A stretch of 64,000 bases of DNA from Eledone cirrhosa (lineage: Eukaryota). The notes below the pieces were generated by a model. The model saw nothing but the letters and a program-made list of their open reading frames with translations, searched no databases and was not told the origin of the DNA. The DNA lies in the NCBI GenBank assembly GCA_964016885.1, contig OZ024742.1, positions 284,146,001 through 284,210,000 of the forward strand. The letters are read 5' to 3'. Both the position numbers and the translations under genes were made by a program. Shown here in pieces: positions 13,847 to 27,381 of the stretch. Each line of letters opens with the position of its first letter. Position 1 is the stretch's first letter.

Positions 13847-13903
13847 GGCCCCTGTGCAAGGATAACACGCAAATTCGTGAAATGTTCCATTTTTTTTTTT
13901 TTT
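13811..13903 (+). pseudogene. U6: U6 snRNA retrocopy lacking the 5' stem-loop
   Basis: ATACTAAAATTGGAACGATACAGAGAAGATTAGCATGGCCCCTG(T)GCAAGGAT(A)ACACGCAAATTCGTGAA..GTTCCAT(T)n matches U6 including the ACAGAGA box; about the first 21 nt are missing. Confidence 0.93.
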
Positions 13904-14559
13904 CCAAGAGTGGTGCCTCAGCCAGATGGCTGGAACAAGTAAAAGAGCAAAAGAGTATTACTTCAGCTCAAATCCTTAAATTAAGATCAGCCAATGAGAG
14001 CCTCCATGTGGTCACTTTACCTGCTAGAAAAAGCACCCAAAATTTTACAACTGGATGCCTGTCCTGACATTAACCCTTTTAGTTGCTCTTGCAACACAGA
14101 TACAGTGTACCTATTCTAAACCAGACACAGAGTTTATAATTAAGTTAAAACCTTCCTTCATCATTTTATGCAAGAATCCCTGGTATGTTCCAAACACCAG
14201 TTCATGTATATTTTCAAAATTATTTGAAACATGATCACTATCTCTTTAGAATTAAGGTAAAGAAAGGGTCAAAACAGAAAGAAAGCTTTTCACCAGAAGC
14301 ATAAAACATTATGAGAGAAGAAACAGGTTATTTATTCCTGAGAGTAAAGTATGAGTAAAAATGACTGTAAAGCAGGAAATCCCACTTCCATTATAGCATG
14401 TTGCCAAGGAAGTGGTGGTGGGAGGGGGTAAGGAAACTAAGTGTGTTACTTCAAAGGAGAGTTAGTTAAATTTGATTTTGATACAGGACACCATAACTGA
14501 CAACCTCAGCTCATTATATATATATATTATACACGTACACACTGAAATCACATTTCTAT

Positions 14560-15475
14560 ACAAAAGGCAGCAAAAGCTTTTGGGGTCACAACATCCCATT
14601 AAATTGGAGACTAAGATTGCTGTATACGTCTCATTTGTACTCTCCATACTATTGTATTCATCCGAGACATGGACATTGTACACATGCCAGTTAAAATGTT
14701 GGAACAGCTTCACCAAAATTGCCTCCAGTATATACTCAAAATAAGCTGGAATACATTCATTCCAGACACCGAGATTCTTGCTAGGGCAAAAGTTACATCT
14801 ACTCAAGTTATGCTTATTAGAAATCAGTTACAATGGACAGGTCACGATATGTATGGGTGACGGATGCTTCCCCAAGAAAATGTTTTATGGCAAACTCAAG
14901 CTGGGCAAAAGGTTAGCCAAGGAGGAGATACAGAGACTCTCTAAAAGTGAACTTAAAATGCCTTAACATATCCTACAAAAATCTTGATTCATATGCAGCA
15001 GATAGAGTGGCCTGGATAAATGCCATTTGGAATGGAGTTAAAGCATTTGAAATGGAGAGGGTGAAACATGCAGAACTCAAAAGAAATGTGTGGAAAAATG
15101 AGACCAACAGTAATAATGATGAATCTTATCCAGCGTTGGTTTTCAAATGCCCTGTGTACCCTAAGGTGTGCCTTTCGAACACTGGCTTGAAGTCGCACCA
15201 ACGATTACATGATAGTAAAGTCCAAGTTCACTATTCAAAATCTGTTGCAGAAAATCAGTTCCAGTACAGTGCCTTGTCAGGAAATTTACATCACTTCTGA
15301 ACATACACAATAAGCAAACCCAAAGTGGAAATAAGAACAAAATGAGACATCATTGTATTATTTGTGGATGGGTCTTTCACAGGCTTTCAGAACTCAAAAG
15401 CCATTTGAGATCTCATGCCAGGAAGGAACAGACAAAGTGCAAGAAGTGGTCAAGCTTTGTATGGAGCAGACAACC

Positions 15476-15480
<5 letters not shown>
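14560..15480 (+). mobile_element. Degenerate RTE/BovB-type LINE 3' end with C-terminal C2H2 zinc fingers
   Basis: LLYSSETWTLY, ILKISW, QLQWTGH, PKKMFYG; fingers CPVYPKVCLSNTGLKSHQRLH (degenerate) and CIICGWVFHRLSELKSHLRSH; frameshifted; ends in (TA)n. Confidence 0.82.
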
Positions 15481-15517
<37 letters not shown>

Positions 15518-15849
15518 TATAGGGCAGTTTCAGCTTGTAACTTCTCCAAGGTACAGTGCCTTGAAGAATCTTACGGTCAGACTTCATTAATATACCCACT
15601 CTGTATTTCACTATACGTCAAGTACTACTCTGATTTGTGGTCTTCTAGGTCTTCACACTGCAGACACTCCATATATATATATATATATATAATTGAATGA
15701 TGTGTATAGTGTATAATGTAGAAAATAATTTGTTTTAAGAAGGCTAAGACAGTCTTGGCTCACAATTTATATTGACTCAGCAACTGGACGACAGGATGAG
15801 ACTAAACCTTGAAGCCAGCTTTTGTCGAGCTACTTACCTGCTCTAATGG

Positions 15850-17610
15850 CTATCAGTCATAAACAGCACCACTGACAACACCACCGCTATTGCAATGAAC
15901 ACTACTATATTTCCACAGTATCACCTCAACCACCCACCCTATCCACCACCTGCCAATTGAGAGCTTGACCTCCAACAATCCAGACTCAAGCAGTCTATTT
16001 TTAACATATCACAGAAACAAAAGAAGATGTGCCCAAATCTCTACAGGACACAAGACCTCATTCTAAAAAACCTGCAAGAGAAGGACCTCAGATACTTCTC
16101 TTCCGATAAAGGGAAAGAGTTCTGCATCATCTCTCGAGACACTTACAACAGCTTGGCATATGAGCAACTTAGTAATGGTGAACTATATACAGAAGTGCAT
16201 CCTAGATTGAAGACCAAATCAACACCACCTGGACGGATACCTGCAGACTGAGATAACTTCCCAACAAGTATAAAAGCAACTTCACCAACATTCTACCACC
16301 TTGTTAAAACCCACAAAACTAGTATTAATCTACAGATTAGACCCATTGTCTCTAGCATAGAAAGACCCCTCTATGAAATTGCCTGGCTCAAGCCTATACT
16401 TTCTACCTTTCTTCGACATGTCAGCAACTCTGATGAAGTCATACAAAGACTACATCAACTACAACCTAGCCAACTTAAAATCAATTGATACTCCTTCAGC
16501 CTCAACGTTGTCTCCCTGTACAAGACAATACCCGCTCACCCAGCGGTCAACCTAGTGACTGACTGCATCATTTCATCCAACATATACTGCTTCAGCTTCA
16601 CCCCACCAGACATACATCAACTCCTATCCATCATCATAGAAAATACATACTTCACCTTCTAACACCACACATACAAACAAACAACAGCTCTACCCATGGG
16701 ATCCAGTTTTTCAGGCCTACTAGTTATCACCTACATGAATCAGCTGGAACGTCTAGTGCTCAACACCTACTGCTCCTGTGTCTTCTTCACCCAATACATA
16801 GATGATATACACATCTTTACATCATCCCATGAAGAGCTCGATATAATAGCCATGACATTCTCAAACATATATAACATACAACTCACCGTAGAACATCCCG
16901 ATAACAATAGTTCCCTGTCCCTGTTGGACTTCCAACTTAGAATAACAGAAGGCGATATATAGACCAACTTCTATAGGAAAGCTACCAGGAAAGACTTGTT
17001 TATGCATTATATGTTGGCCTTCTCCCTTATTGTGAAAACCAGGTGCATAAGAAACGAACTTACATGTATCCGGAGAAAATGCAGCAAGACGGAGGACCAG
17101 ATCACTGACACTGCACACTTCATGGAGGTACTGAAGAGGAACAGATAACCAACATCCGCTGTAAATCATTTTAGGAACCAAAAGCACTGTAGACATAAGA
17201 CCTTGTCCAACACCCGCTTCGTGAAATTACCACACTTCAGCGAAAACATAACCACAGCAATCCACAAGGAAGGACTGGACATACAATTAGCTCACGGTGG
17301 CCCTTCACTGAGAAAATGGCTATCTAAAAAGCAATCCAGTGACAACCACCGATGCAGCTGACGAACTGCCCTATCCGTGACACAGGTATATGCCAGTGGA
17401 CACATGGTACACTGCATTGAATGCAACAAGTTCTACAATCATAGTATAACTTGACCACTCCATACCTGTACTAAAGAACACCTCAAAAAACAAAAACACC
17501 AAGAAAAATATAACATAAGCTCAACCCACATAAGAGGTTGGAACTCAGCACACAATACTTAACATAAAAAGTCACACCCACAGCCTGAACACAACAATTA
17601 ACACAAGCAA
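15850..17610 (+). mobile_element. Decayed Penelope-like element (RT + GIY-YIG remnant)
   Basis: Motifs across frames: SDKGKEFCII, FYHLVKTHK..IRPIVSS, NVVSLYKTIP, YKQTTALPMGSSFS, QYIDDI, LLDF, FYRKAT..LFMHY, CIECNKFY..PLHTCTKEH. Boundaries approximate. Confidence 0.85.
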
Positions 17611-17899
17611 TTTGCTTCTATATATGGCAATTGAGGCCATCTTCCTGCTTCTTGTAGCTACTACAGCAAACATCAAAACAATGCCCGATAGTAATTTTTT
17701 AGTTTTAGATTTGGAACAAATATCAAAGTGACAAAACCAGAACGTTTTGATCTGAGGAAGAGATTTTAAAGTCCCCCCCAAAAAATAATAATAATAATAA
17801 TAATAAATACCAGATAACACACAAACTTCTTCATTGCCTTCATTTAAACTAAATTTTACAATCCATTTCACATTGTCTTAAAACAAATCATTTTCTACA

Positions 17900-18400
17900 T
17901 TCATCATCATCATCGTTTAACGTCCATCTTCCACGCTAGCATGGGTCGGGACGGGAATTGTCCCACTTGAGGCAAGATTGGTTGTCTTGCTCGCATAGGA
18001 CTGTCTGGCGGGTTTTCTACGGCTGGATGCCCTTCCTAACACCAACCACGTTTACAGTGTGGACTGGGAGGTTTTTACCGTGTTACCTACACGGCCACAT
18101 TACAGCGTGGACTGTGTTTTTTTGTCGTGACACCTATACGACCTCATTTATTAGGACTGGATGTTGTGGTACCAACATAGCTTTACATCGAAAGGGGTGG
18201 TGTAGATGGCGGTGGGGCTAGGGCTAGTGGGACGGGGGTGTATTTTGGTTAAGAGGTGCCTACTGACTGTAGGTTTCGCTTTGTATCTAGGCAAGGCGGG
18301 TCTTCTGTATTACTGCGTAGCACCAAAGATCTCGGTCCAATGACATTGTCTTGGAGAGGTGTAAGTGTGTGAGGTCGGAATTTATCAAGTCGTCCCAGGT
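17900..18400 (-). mobile_element. RTE family A 3' fragment
   Basis: (CAT)n tail, 3'UTR and last codons ([15 protein letters not shown]). Confidence 0.9.
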
Positions 18401-20569
18401 TTACACACACATGCGTGCATGTGCGTGTGTGCATATACCTTTATTATTTTAGACTGGCCATGTTGGGGCACCATCATTATCATTGTCGCTTTAACGTCTG
18501 CTTTCCCTGCTAGCAAGGGTTGGAAGGGTCTCCAAGTCAGTACTGTAGCGGAGCCACAGATCTCCCAGGCAGGCCAGGTCTTGCTTTATGTACAGTCGAT
18601 GCTCCACCGAGTGAACAGGAAAGGTTGTCATGTCTGACACAACTGAGGGTTCTCCCAACTCTTTTGTTTGGCAAGAACTCTACGGCTGGATTCCCTTCCT
18701 ATCATTAACCACTTTACAGTGTACTTGGTGTGTTTATCATGTAGATCACTAAACACAAGGATGGATGTCATGTCCTTGACATGACTGAAGGGTCCTCCCA
18801 ATCCTTTGTTTGTTTAGTCCCCATGGCAGGGGGTGGGGGACATGTGCGTTGGGTTTTAAACCTCATTTTGACAGATATATCTATACTAAGATGTGTAATT
18901 AAACTTTTTATGCAATATATTTGTTAAACAATAAAAAGTCTTATTTGATTTGTGTTAGTTTCTTATTGCATTTAATGGGGAAACTGACATTTTTCTTTAG
19001 TAAAAACTGAATTCCTGTTAAATAAAAACAACTTGACGTGATAGTACATTTCTGGGGGCATTTCCGAATTCAACAATATCTAATTAAGTAGAAACAATTG
19101 TAAAAAGCTAAACATTTTTTTTAAAACCCAAAAATGTCCCCCAGTATAATACATACACACATAGAGACACAGAGAATGGTTTTCCATTGAAGAACGGAAG
19201 GAAATTACAGTTAAAGTGAGGTATTCAATACATCAAGTGGAGAGAGTAGTTTATTTAAATTAGAAGTGACTTTTATAGTAGTTTCGTTCTGTGGTGAGAT
19301 CAGGAAAGCCCTGATGATTTCACTACAGAATAAAACTGGTAGCTGATCAGAGTTTTAAGTCTCGCATATATACATACAGAGAGAGAGGGGGGGGGGGGTC
19401 AGGTTTGACAGTAGAAATGTGGGTAATAACATTTTTTAATATAGCTGTGGGGAAGAGGCAGGAGTTTCATGCTTCAGTTTAATAAATACCCTTAAGCACA
19501 AAACTTCTGGCATCCGTGTCACTGGTATATAAAACGATCAATTGCTATCGAAAAGGTATAAGCTTAGCCCCTCGGGTAAAGAATCCTCAACAACAAGAAC
19601 AAATATTAGAAGATTGTTGGTGCTGCTGTTTAAACACAGGTCAACTTTGAGTGAATAAACCTATCATTGAAAGGCTTCCAGCCGTAACCATCCCTTCACT
19701 TTCCTCTCAGATAAAAAAGTACTGAGGACTTTATCAAATGCATGCTGCTTTTTCAAAAGCGGTAGGGAGATTAGACTGCTATTTCTAGACGATCAAGCTA
19801 CCCCATAAATGCTTTCTCGTTGGCTTATGGATTAAGAGGAAATCAATGGTGGCCAACGTCGGCAATGAAGCAAAAGCAACAAAAATATTCAGAAGCAATA
19901 AGTAAATTTGCCACAAAGAAAAATAGCAGCATTCGTTTACGTTATGTCGTTAAATTGTGTAAGCTAAACACACTGTGCATTGAGAAACAAACAAAATTGA
20001 GCAGCAGCAACGAATTTCCATTATATGCATATGTTTTTGTATGTATGAGTGTGTATATATACGTGTATACATATATATATATATATAACCCTAAGAGCTA
20101 TATGGCAGCTCAACCTGCTAGAAATAAGAGCTAAATAACCCTCTTAAATGACGGGAGATGAAACATTGGACACTGGGATACATGGTCAAAAACGATAAAA
20201 ATATACATTAAAAGAAAACGTTCAACAATAAAAGAATGCCAGGTTTGATAATATAGTCATAGATATATTTAAAAACACACACACACACAGGATGGTCGTT
20301 AATGAAACGCCTTTAATTATACAGATCTACTCAGTGAAGGCTGACCAAGAGCTTGAACACAATACCATATGTATTTATGATGCATGAACGTAATGACTGT
20401 TGGTAAATATTAAACGTTTTGACAAACTGAAAAGTGGCGATGTGAAATGTTAGATTTTTTTTCGCAAAACAAATAGAATAAATAGCTCACACATTGAGCT
20501 TCTATGTAGTCTCTCCACCTGCTAAAAATAGCAGCCAGTCTTTCTTCAGATCACACTCGACAATCTTTT

Positions 20570-20792
20570 AATAATGGTTTCTTATGTAGGCACAAGGCCA
20601 GCAATTTTTGGGGGAGGGAAAAGTCGATGAAATCGACAACAGTGCGTGACTGGTACTTTATTTTATCGACCCCGTAAGGATGAAAGGCAAAGTTAGTCTC
20701 GGCGGGATTTGAACTCAGATCATAAAGGGCCGTAACTCTATGCGACAAAGCATGGCGTCCGACCCTCTACCGATACTGCCAATCCACCGCCC
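20570..20792 (-). mobile_element. tRNA-headed SINE with central gcctttcatcc..ggggtcgataaaat..gtaccag domain
   Basis: Minus strand begins ggcggtggattggcagtatcggtag and contains gagttcaaatccc (B box). Relatives at about 23635-23815, 32455-32780, 36035-36225, 52255-52880, 57650-57836, 59340-59510 and 61410-61560. Confidence 0.78.
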
Positions 20793-22363
20793 TTCTTTTA
20801 TAATGTTTTTCTTTATCGCGTAATCAAAGCGGAAAGCAGTGGCCATTCGCCTTTTTCAATGTCTCCGAGACAGGTGACAGAGAGGGAGAGAAAGGTATCC
20901 ACAAACAGAAGACCGGCATCGAATGCTTGGTTCAAAATTTCAAGTTAAAAACATAATATACAGACACTATTGAGTATTCATTCTTCTCGACGCGTATTAT
21001 TATTATCGCCATATAACAACCCAGGGGATGGGGTTATTTATAGTGTGAAAATTCATTTAAATAAAAGTTTAAGAACAATAGCGCTGAAGGCAATCTAATC
21101 GCTAGGTGATGTTAATCTGGGCAACGGATTAAGCCTACCCTTCAAAGTAACCACCGTGAAATTTCAATTCAGAAGCAAAAAGCAGAAATTAATACCGCAA
21201 GGCATCTTGCCCGACGCTCTGACGATTCCGCCAGTCAACCGTCCTAGGCAAATATTTTACATATCGACCCTGTAAGGGTGAATTAAAGGTAAAGTTGACC
21301 TAGGCAGTTATGACGGGAAGGGGTTTAAAGGTAAGTCTGCCCAGTCAAGTCTTGATTTTAACTCACATATAAACCGACCACAAAGCCGAGCACGACCGCT
21401 CGTACTGCAGAGGAGTGGAAGATGTTTAAATACCAGAATTTAACCGACCGCTTCCCTTTGATTGTCGTCATTGAGACCTACCTCCGTTGTCCTATGTCAC
21501 CGGACTGCCGTTTTCCTTCGCAAAAAATCATAAGGAGTGCACCCTATCTAAAAAAAACAGCTCCCGTGAGGTGGAGTGGCTGATGTAGTGGGTGTTGCTT
21601 GTTCTCGCCACCTTATTCACGGTACGCAACTGTTTGCCTCCTCCTCCTTTTTTTCATTATTTAATTTGTCTCTGTTCCTGTTTATTCTGTAAACTGTTTA
21701 TGCAAATAAAAGCCATATATTCTGCAGACTGCAGTAATTAAAACATGAACAAGATAAGTTGAGATGTGTGTTAAGACATCAAGGAAACTGATTGTGACAG
21801 CTACATGATCAAATGTATTCCAGCCGTTCTTTCCGGGAATTGTGTGCCCAAGACTGCACCATACACAGTGTCCTTCCATTTTAAAGATAGTAGAGTGTGG
21901 TGTGGAAGAGATTTGGCCGAATGACCAGATAGAAGTTCTCACACTGAAAATTATCCAATATTATGTAAACATACCGTATCAGCAGTGAGTTACATGCGTG
22001 TGAAACATCGTTTACACACAGTCACACACACACACATGCTTTTAAACCATCACGCCTACTGCCCAAATTGGGGACATTGACCTTAGTGATGGTTGCTCTG
22101 TGTTGTTGGGCCGTCCATCCGTCTCTGCCGTACATGTACGGCTCAACACGGTCGCCTGACATGCTACGAACAGCAGTCAAATACCTTCAAATCATACTGT
22201 AATGTTTAAAATAATGAAAGGACACATTAGACAATGTTGTTATAGATACCTGTCTAAAAAGACGGAACGGTCAAAGTTGGAATGGAATGTTTTTCCTCAT
22301 AGGCCAGCTCAATCAAGGCTGTCCTTTGGTTAAATAACAACTATGTATTTATGTTCTATTGTG

Positions 22364-22525
22364 AAGGCGCGTGGTTTAGTGGTTAGGGTATTCGGCTCGC
22401 GATTGTAAGATCTTGAGTTCGATTCTTGACGGAACAATATGCTCTATTTCACATTGCTCAAGTCTACTTAATTAGTTTGCACCCGTAAATCTCCTTGGGA
22501 ACTGCGTTAAAGTACGCGTGTCTGT
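22364..22525 (+). mobile_element. Degenerate tRNA-headed SINE
   Basis: A box gtggtttagtgg, B box gagttcgattc, then tatttcacattgctc as in the 29004 family. Confidence 0.65.
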
Positions 22526-23954
22526 AAACAGAAACAGACTGTTTCATTGATCGAACAACTGGAATACTCGTCGCCAGAATCGACGGAGGCCCAACACAGC
22601 CATGTTGTATTGTGTCCAGAATGACTAGTAGTTAGTGATGGATCAACGAATTCGTGAGGACTATTAAGACTGGCTTGCATCCAACCATCCCTGACAGATA
22701 GATAGGTTGAGACTATTAACACATATAAACATATGTGACTTTTAAGACACATTCACTGATATTCGAGATTGGATTAGGATTTCACAAAGACATCATTTTT
22801 CCTCTGTCGATCTTTTTTCACCCACTCATTAGTGAAGTCATATGTTTGTTGTTTAGCCCTAGGTCAGCCTCGATCGAGTCGACAAAAAAAAAAGGCCTTT
22901 TATTTTTCAGACATAAATACATCTAGAGCTATATTATCCAACGTGCCCTTCCTTCTTTTTAAAGATAAAGACACCAGTGTGCAGTTCAAGAAAGATTCTG
23001 ATTATTATACCTAACAAATCAAGTCACAGTGCAAAGGGTAACCCGTTTGTATGCGCAGAAATATGTTGCTGAGTGAACAAACCTGAAGCCAAAGTTATTC
23101 CAGCTGTAACATCCCACTCTTTTTGGAGTATCTAAAATCACATTAACCAAAGTGTTCTTTCGTTTTCAAGACGGTAGAATGTAATTTGGAAAGGATTTGA
23201 CTGCTAATTCTAGTAAGTCGAGAACGGTTTTGCCAGTCCATCATTCTGTAGAAGTACCAGTCAAGAACGAAGGCATGGCAATACAAATCCCTTTGTGGCC
23301 TATATAAATTGAACTCTTAATCCGTCATCTGGCTTAACACAGCCACCCACACTTGCAAATATTCGGACAAACTAGAGGCCTGGGTATGGTCAAAGACACT
23401 CACTGATCTTACACCTGACTAAGCGTTAAAAAAATAAAAAAATAAAAAAATGTAACTCGCGCACATTTAAACTGTGAGCACATTAATTTGATTATATTAG
23501 CACAATGTGGAGTAACCCAAGTCATCTACAATAACAAAAGCAAAATTATTGTATCATACATACATTTCCTGGAGTTCTACCATATCTACACACGCAAATT
23601 ACACATATTGTGTGTGTGTGTATATATACATAATTGTTTCTACTTTTTGGCACAAGGCCAGCAATTACCCAGTGCATTACTGGTACTTTATTTTATCGAC
23701 TCCGTAAGGATTAAAGGCAAAGTTAACCTCAGCGGGTTTTGAACTCAGATCATAAAGGGCCGTAACTCTTTGCTGCAAAGCATGGCGTCCGACCCTCTAC
23801 CGATACTGCCAATCCATAATATATACACAAAATAGATTTACGAAATAACAATACTACAAGATGCTTTGCAGTGCACCTATGACATTGTAACACCAGGTCA
23901 CACTATCTTACTCAATTATAGCTGCAATGAATTCTATAAACAGTGTGTGTGTAT

Positions 23955-24440
23955 TATCATCATCGTTTAACGTCCGTTTTCCACGCTAGCATGGGTTAAA
24001 CGGGTTGTCCCATTTGAGGCAAGTTGGGTCAGGTGACCGTGTCTTACTCATATAGACTGTTTCTAGCTAGGTTTCTACAGCTGGATGCGCTTCCTAATGC
24101 CAACCACATTTACAGTGTATGCTGAGCGGTTTTTGTTGTGACTCCTACACGACCACTTTACAGTGTGGGCTGGATATATTTTGTTCACAGTGTAAGGGTG
24201 GTGTGGACAGGAGTGGATGGGTGGGGGTATAGTGGTTAAGAGGTGCCTACTAGATGTATGTTTGAGTCTGTGTGCATGGGAAGGCATGTCTTCTGTATTA
24301 CTGCATAATGCCAAAGATCTCGATCCTGTGTCATTGTCTTTGAGAGGTGCAATTGTGCAAAGTTAGCTTTTATCACCGCATCCTAGATCTTTCTGGGTCT
24401 TTCTACTCCATGGCTTCCATCAATTTTGATCGCCCTGTAC
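23955..24440 (-). mobile_element. Diverged RTE family A-related 3' fragment
   Basis: (CAT)n tail, modular UTR, RPRKI.DA...LHLSKTM.DRDLW remnant. Confidence 0.8.
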
Positions 24441-26130
24441 CTTTTCATGGGAGAGTTTGAGTTCATTTTCAGTTTGAAACAGTGCCTGCTTCAAATGAGA
24501 TTCTGTCTTGTTCCTTACTTGTGTATGTAGTTGGTTTAAGATCTTCGTTCTTTTTCTGATAAGGATTCTCCTGTCTAGGAATAATATTCTTGTCTGTTGG
24601 TCTTTTTTCCGGGGAAAAACTTGGAGCATATAGCTTGTTTTATTTCCATGAATTGCTCAAGTTGTATGTTGACATATTCCATAGAAACTGTCAGCCCAGT
24701 TTTGCTTCAGGAGCTCCTCCTGCATCTCTTTCTAGACCGAGTGCTTCCTGTCAGATGCATATCTAGTCTTCCTCAGACTATACATTCCTAGTTCTACTAT
24801 GTCATGATCTGAGAAAATTGTTGGTGTCACTTTCACATTGTGGATGAGCTCTGTGTTATTCGTGAAGCAGGGATCCTGGGTATTGTCACTTTTTGTTGGG
24901 TGGAGTAGCATTTATTCCAGGAAGAGTTTGCTTGTAAGGATTCTGTCTGCCTTTGTTCAAGTACCATCATTCCTGAGAGAGGCTGGCCTTCAGGCCATTT
25001 GACCTTGGGGAGGTTGAAATCTCCCAGCAGTAGAATGTTGAGACTCTTATCCAAATTGATCAGCACATCTTCAATTCTTCTGAGGCTATCTTCAAACTTG
25101 TCCTCATGTCTAGGGGCATCTGGTGGTCGATATGCGAGACATATTTTTGAGTTGCTTCACGCGTACTATTAGCATGCCACAGACCAAGTTGGAATGTGAC
25201 AACAGTACTAATGATGTGACATCTTCACTGATGTACAAAGCAACTCCACCATGAGTTATCCCTCTCCTGTCAGCTTGAAATACAACATACTTTGGTATGC
25301 ATATTTCCATATCTGCTATCCTAGCTGTCAGGCGAGTTTCAGTTAGTGCCATGCATATTGTTGGATTGCTTGTGGCTAGGTAGGGGATCTTACACATGTT
25401 GGTCAGTTTTACCAGGCATCTGACATTTGTGGTGTCAGTAGTGGCTGCTGATATGGCATTTGCTTGAGTATCAGTGGTAGCCACCCCGAGTCCTTTATTT
25501 GTGGTAGTCATGAGTGTTGATTTGACTGACTTTGGTTTTGTATCTGACAAAACCAAGTCAGCGGTCTCACAATCTTTTCTGCTATTTTTAAAAAAGACTG
25601 TTGTTCTGCAGCTAGAGTCTGTATTGCTTCCGCATACTGTCTCCTCTTCATCGGGGCAGTATGTGCAACCTCAGCATATTTCCTGGTCTTCTCCTGTCTG
25701 TTTATTTGCTTTTTTCTTCTTATTGGGATCCGTTTGGTGGTTCTTTGGTTTACCTTGGCTGCCTTCCAGTGTTTTGTTTTCTTTTTTGTCTTTACTGATG
25801 TCTGCAGCACAGGCCATCTCCCACTCAGCAGCTTTCAGATCCTTCCGGGAATCCATGGGTTCTTTGTGGCTTGAATTTTTTTCTTTTTTGTCTTCTTTCG
25901 TCTCAGCTGATCCATGTGTGGCCTAACAAGCAAGTAGACATGAAAAAATTCATTCTTTTTTCACTGTAGCTGTGCCAAAGTTTTGAGAAAGCCACAGCTC
26001 TGCAGGGTCTCCTTAATTAGTTTGTTTGAAAGAGAGCTATTTTGAGTATAAGCTGTAGTTCCTTAGTTTCCAGTTTTGGTGAGTTTGGTTCTTATCTACC
26101 CGAGCATTTGTATCTGCATTGTCTTCCATA
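24441..26130 (-). mobile_element. CR1-group LINE 5' part (ORF1 remnant + APE endonuclease)
   Basis: ICMALTETRL, FQADRRGITHGGVALYI, ILLLGDFNLPKVKW and SDHD-like motifs; Lys-rich upstream ORF fragments. Confidence 0.72.
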
Positions 26131-26559
26131 TTTCAATTATAATAATCAATTAATTAAACGAAATACAATTACTATCCCAGAAAATAAAATAAGTTAAAAA
26201 TATAGTACTCTAAAAATGTTATACTTTACCTTAACAAAATATAGCAATATAAAGCACCAACTACAATACTTCAGTAATCAATCAATTAAAAATACAACAA
26301 AATACAATTACTATTTCAGAGAATAGAATAAATCAGGGAAAGATGTCAGAAAGAACCAAAGTCTTTAGTGTACAAGAAATAAGATAAACAAAACTGATTG
26401 TACATTCTGCTGGTAGCAAAAAATAAAAAATTTTACGTTGTAACATTTACTGAAAATTGGAAAAGAGGAAAGAATACAAATATTATTTACCCAGTATTTA
26501 AAGTGAAAACATAACGATGTATTAGATATAAAATAAATGAACAAGGCTTACAGGTTTAA

Positions 26560-26776
26560 CCCTTTAGCATTTAAAACGGCCATATCCAGCCAGAACTCTC
26601 ACCTCTCTCTGTTCAAACTGGCTGTAACTGGCTGCTCATACCTACATTAAGGTATTGTTCTCAAAATAAGTAACATCAAAATCTCGTACATTCGATACTA
26701 TGTGAAATAATTATGTAAGAAAGCCTTTACTGTGAAAATACAATAGTAAATATAGAATAATATAAATGCTAAAGGG
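26560..26776. mobile_element. piggyBac-type MITE
   Basis: TTAA-CCCTTTAGCATTTA ... TAAATGCTAAAGGG-TTAA: perfect 14-bp TIRs with TTAA target duplication. Confidence 0.85.
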
Positions 26777-27009
26777 TTAAAATAGATAAAGTAATTGACT
26801 TACTGCAACACATGTTCAAGTATATGTTTCATAAATATCGATGAAAAATCAAAAATTTTTAGAGAATACAAACCATTTTTTCAGAAATTCAGATATGAGT
26901 AATATTATTATTATGTGTATATTTTTACTTTACAATGTTTTCAAACTGGTTTTTATAGAAGGAAATTACAAAGAAAACGACGTCAAGAGACCAGCTTATA
27001 AGAAATATC

Positions 27010-27311
27010 TACATACATGAAAGTTCCCCCTCCAAGGCACAAGTCCGGGCAAGGTTGTTTGTGGAAGACCAGTAGTCGCCCATGCATACCAGTCTATCCT
27101 TTCCATGCCACCCCTGTTGTTCAAGGGAAAGGCAAGGCCGATACAGTTTGGCACCAGTGATGTCACAACTCATTTCTACAGCTGAGTGAACTGGATCAAT
27201 GTGAAATAAAGTGTCTTGCTCAAGAATACAACGCAAAGCCTGGTCCAAGAATTGAATTCACAACCACACAATTGTAAACCTGACGCTTTAACTACTAAGC
27301 CATGTGCCTTC
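27010..27311 (-). mobile_element. tRNA/CORE-type SINE with a different 3' body
   Basis: Head and cttgagcaagacactttatttcacattg core are shared with the 29004 family; the tail differs. Confidence 0.78.
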
Positions 27312-27381
27312 ACACACATAATCATATATATACACATATATTCATATACATACACACATATATATATGTATATATATATAT

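Noticed and set aside
15520-15670. TA-bounded island with a hairpin followed by GAAAC on the minus strand
   Set aside because: No recognisable CUGANGA core or stem I; too degenerate to call.
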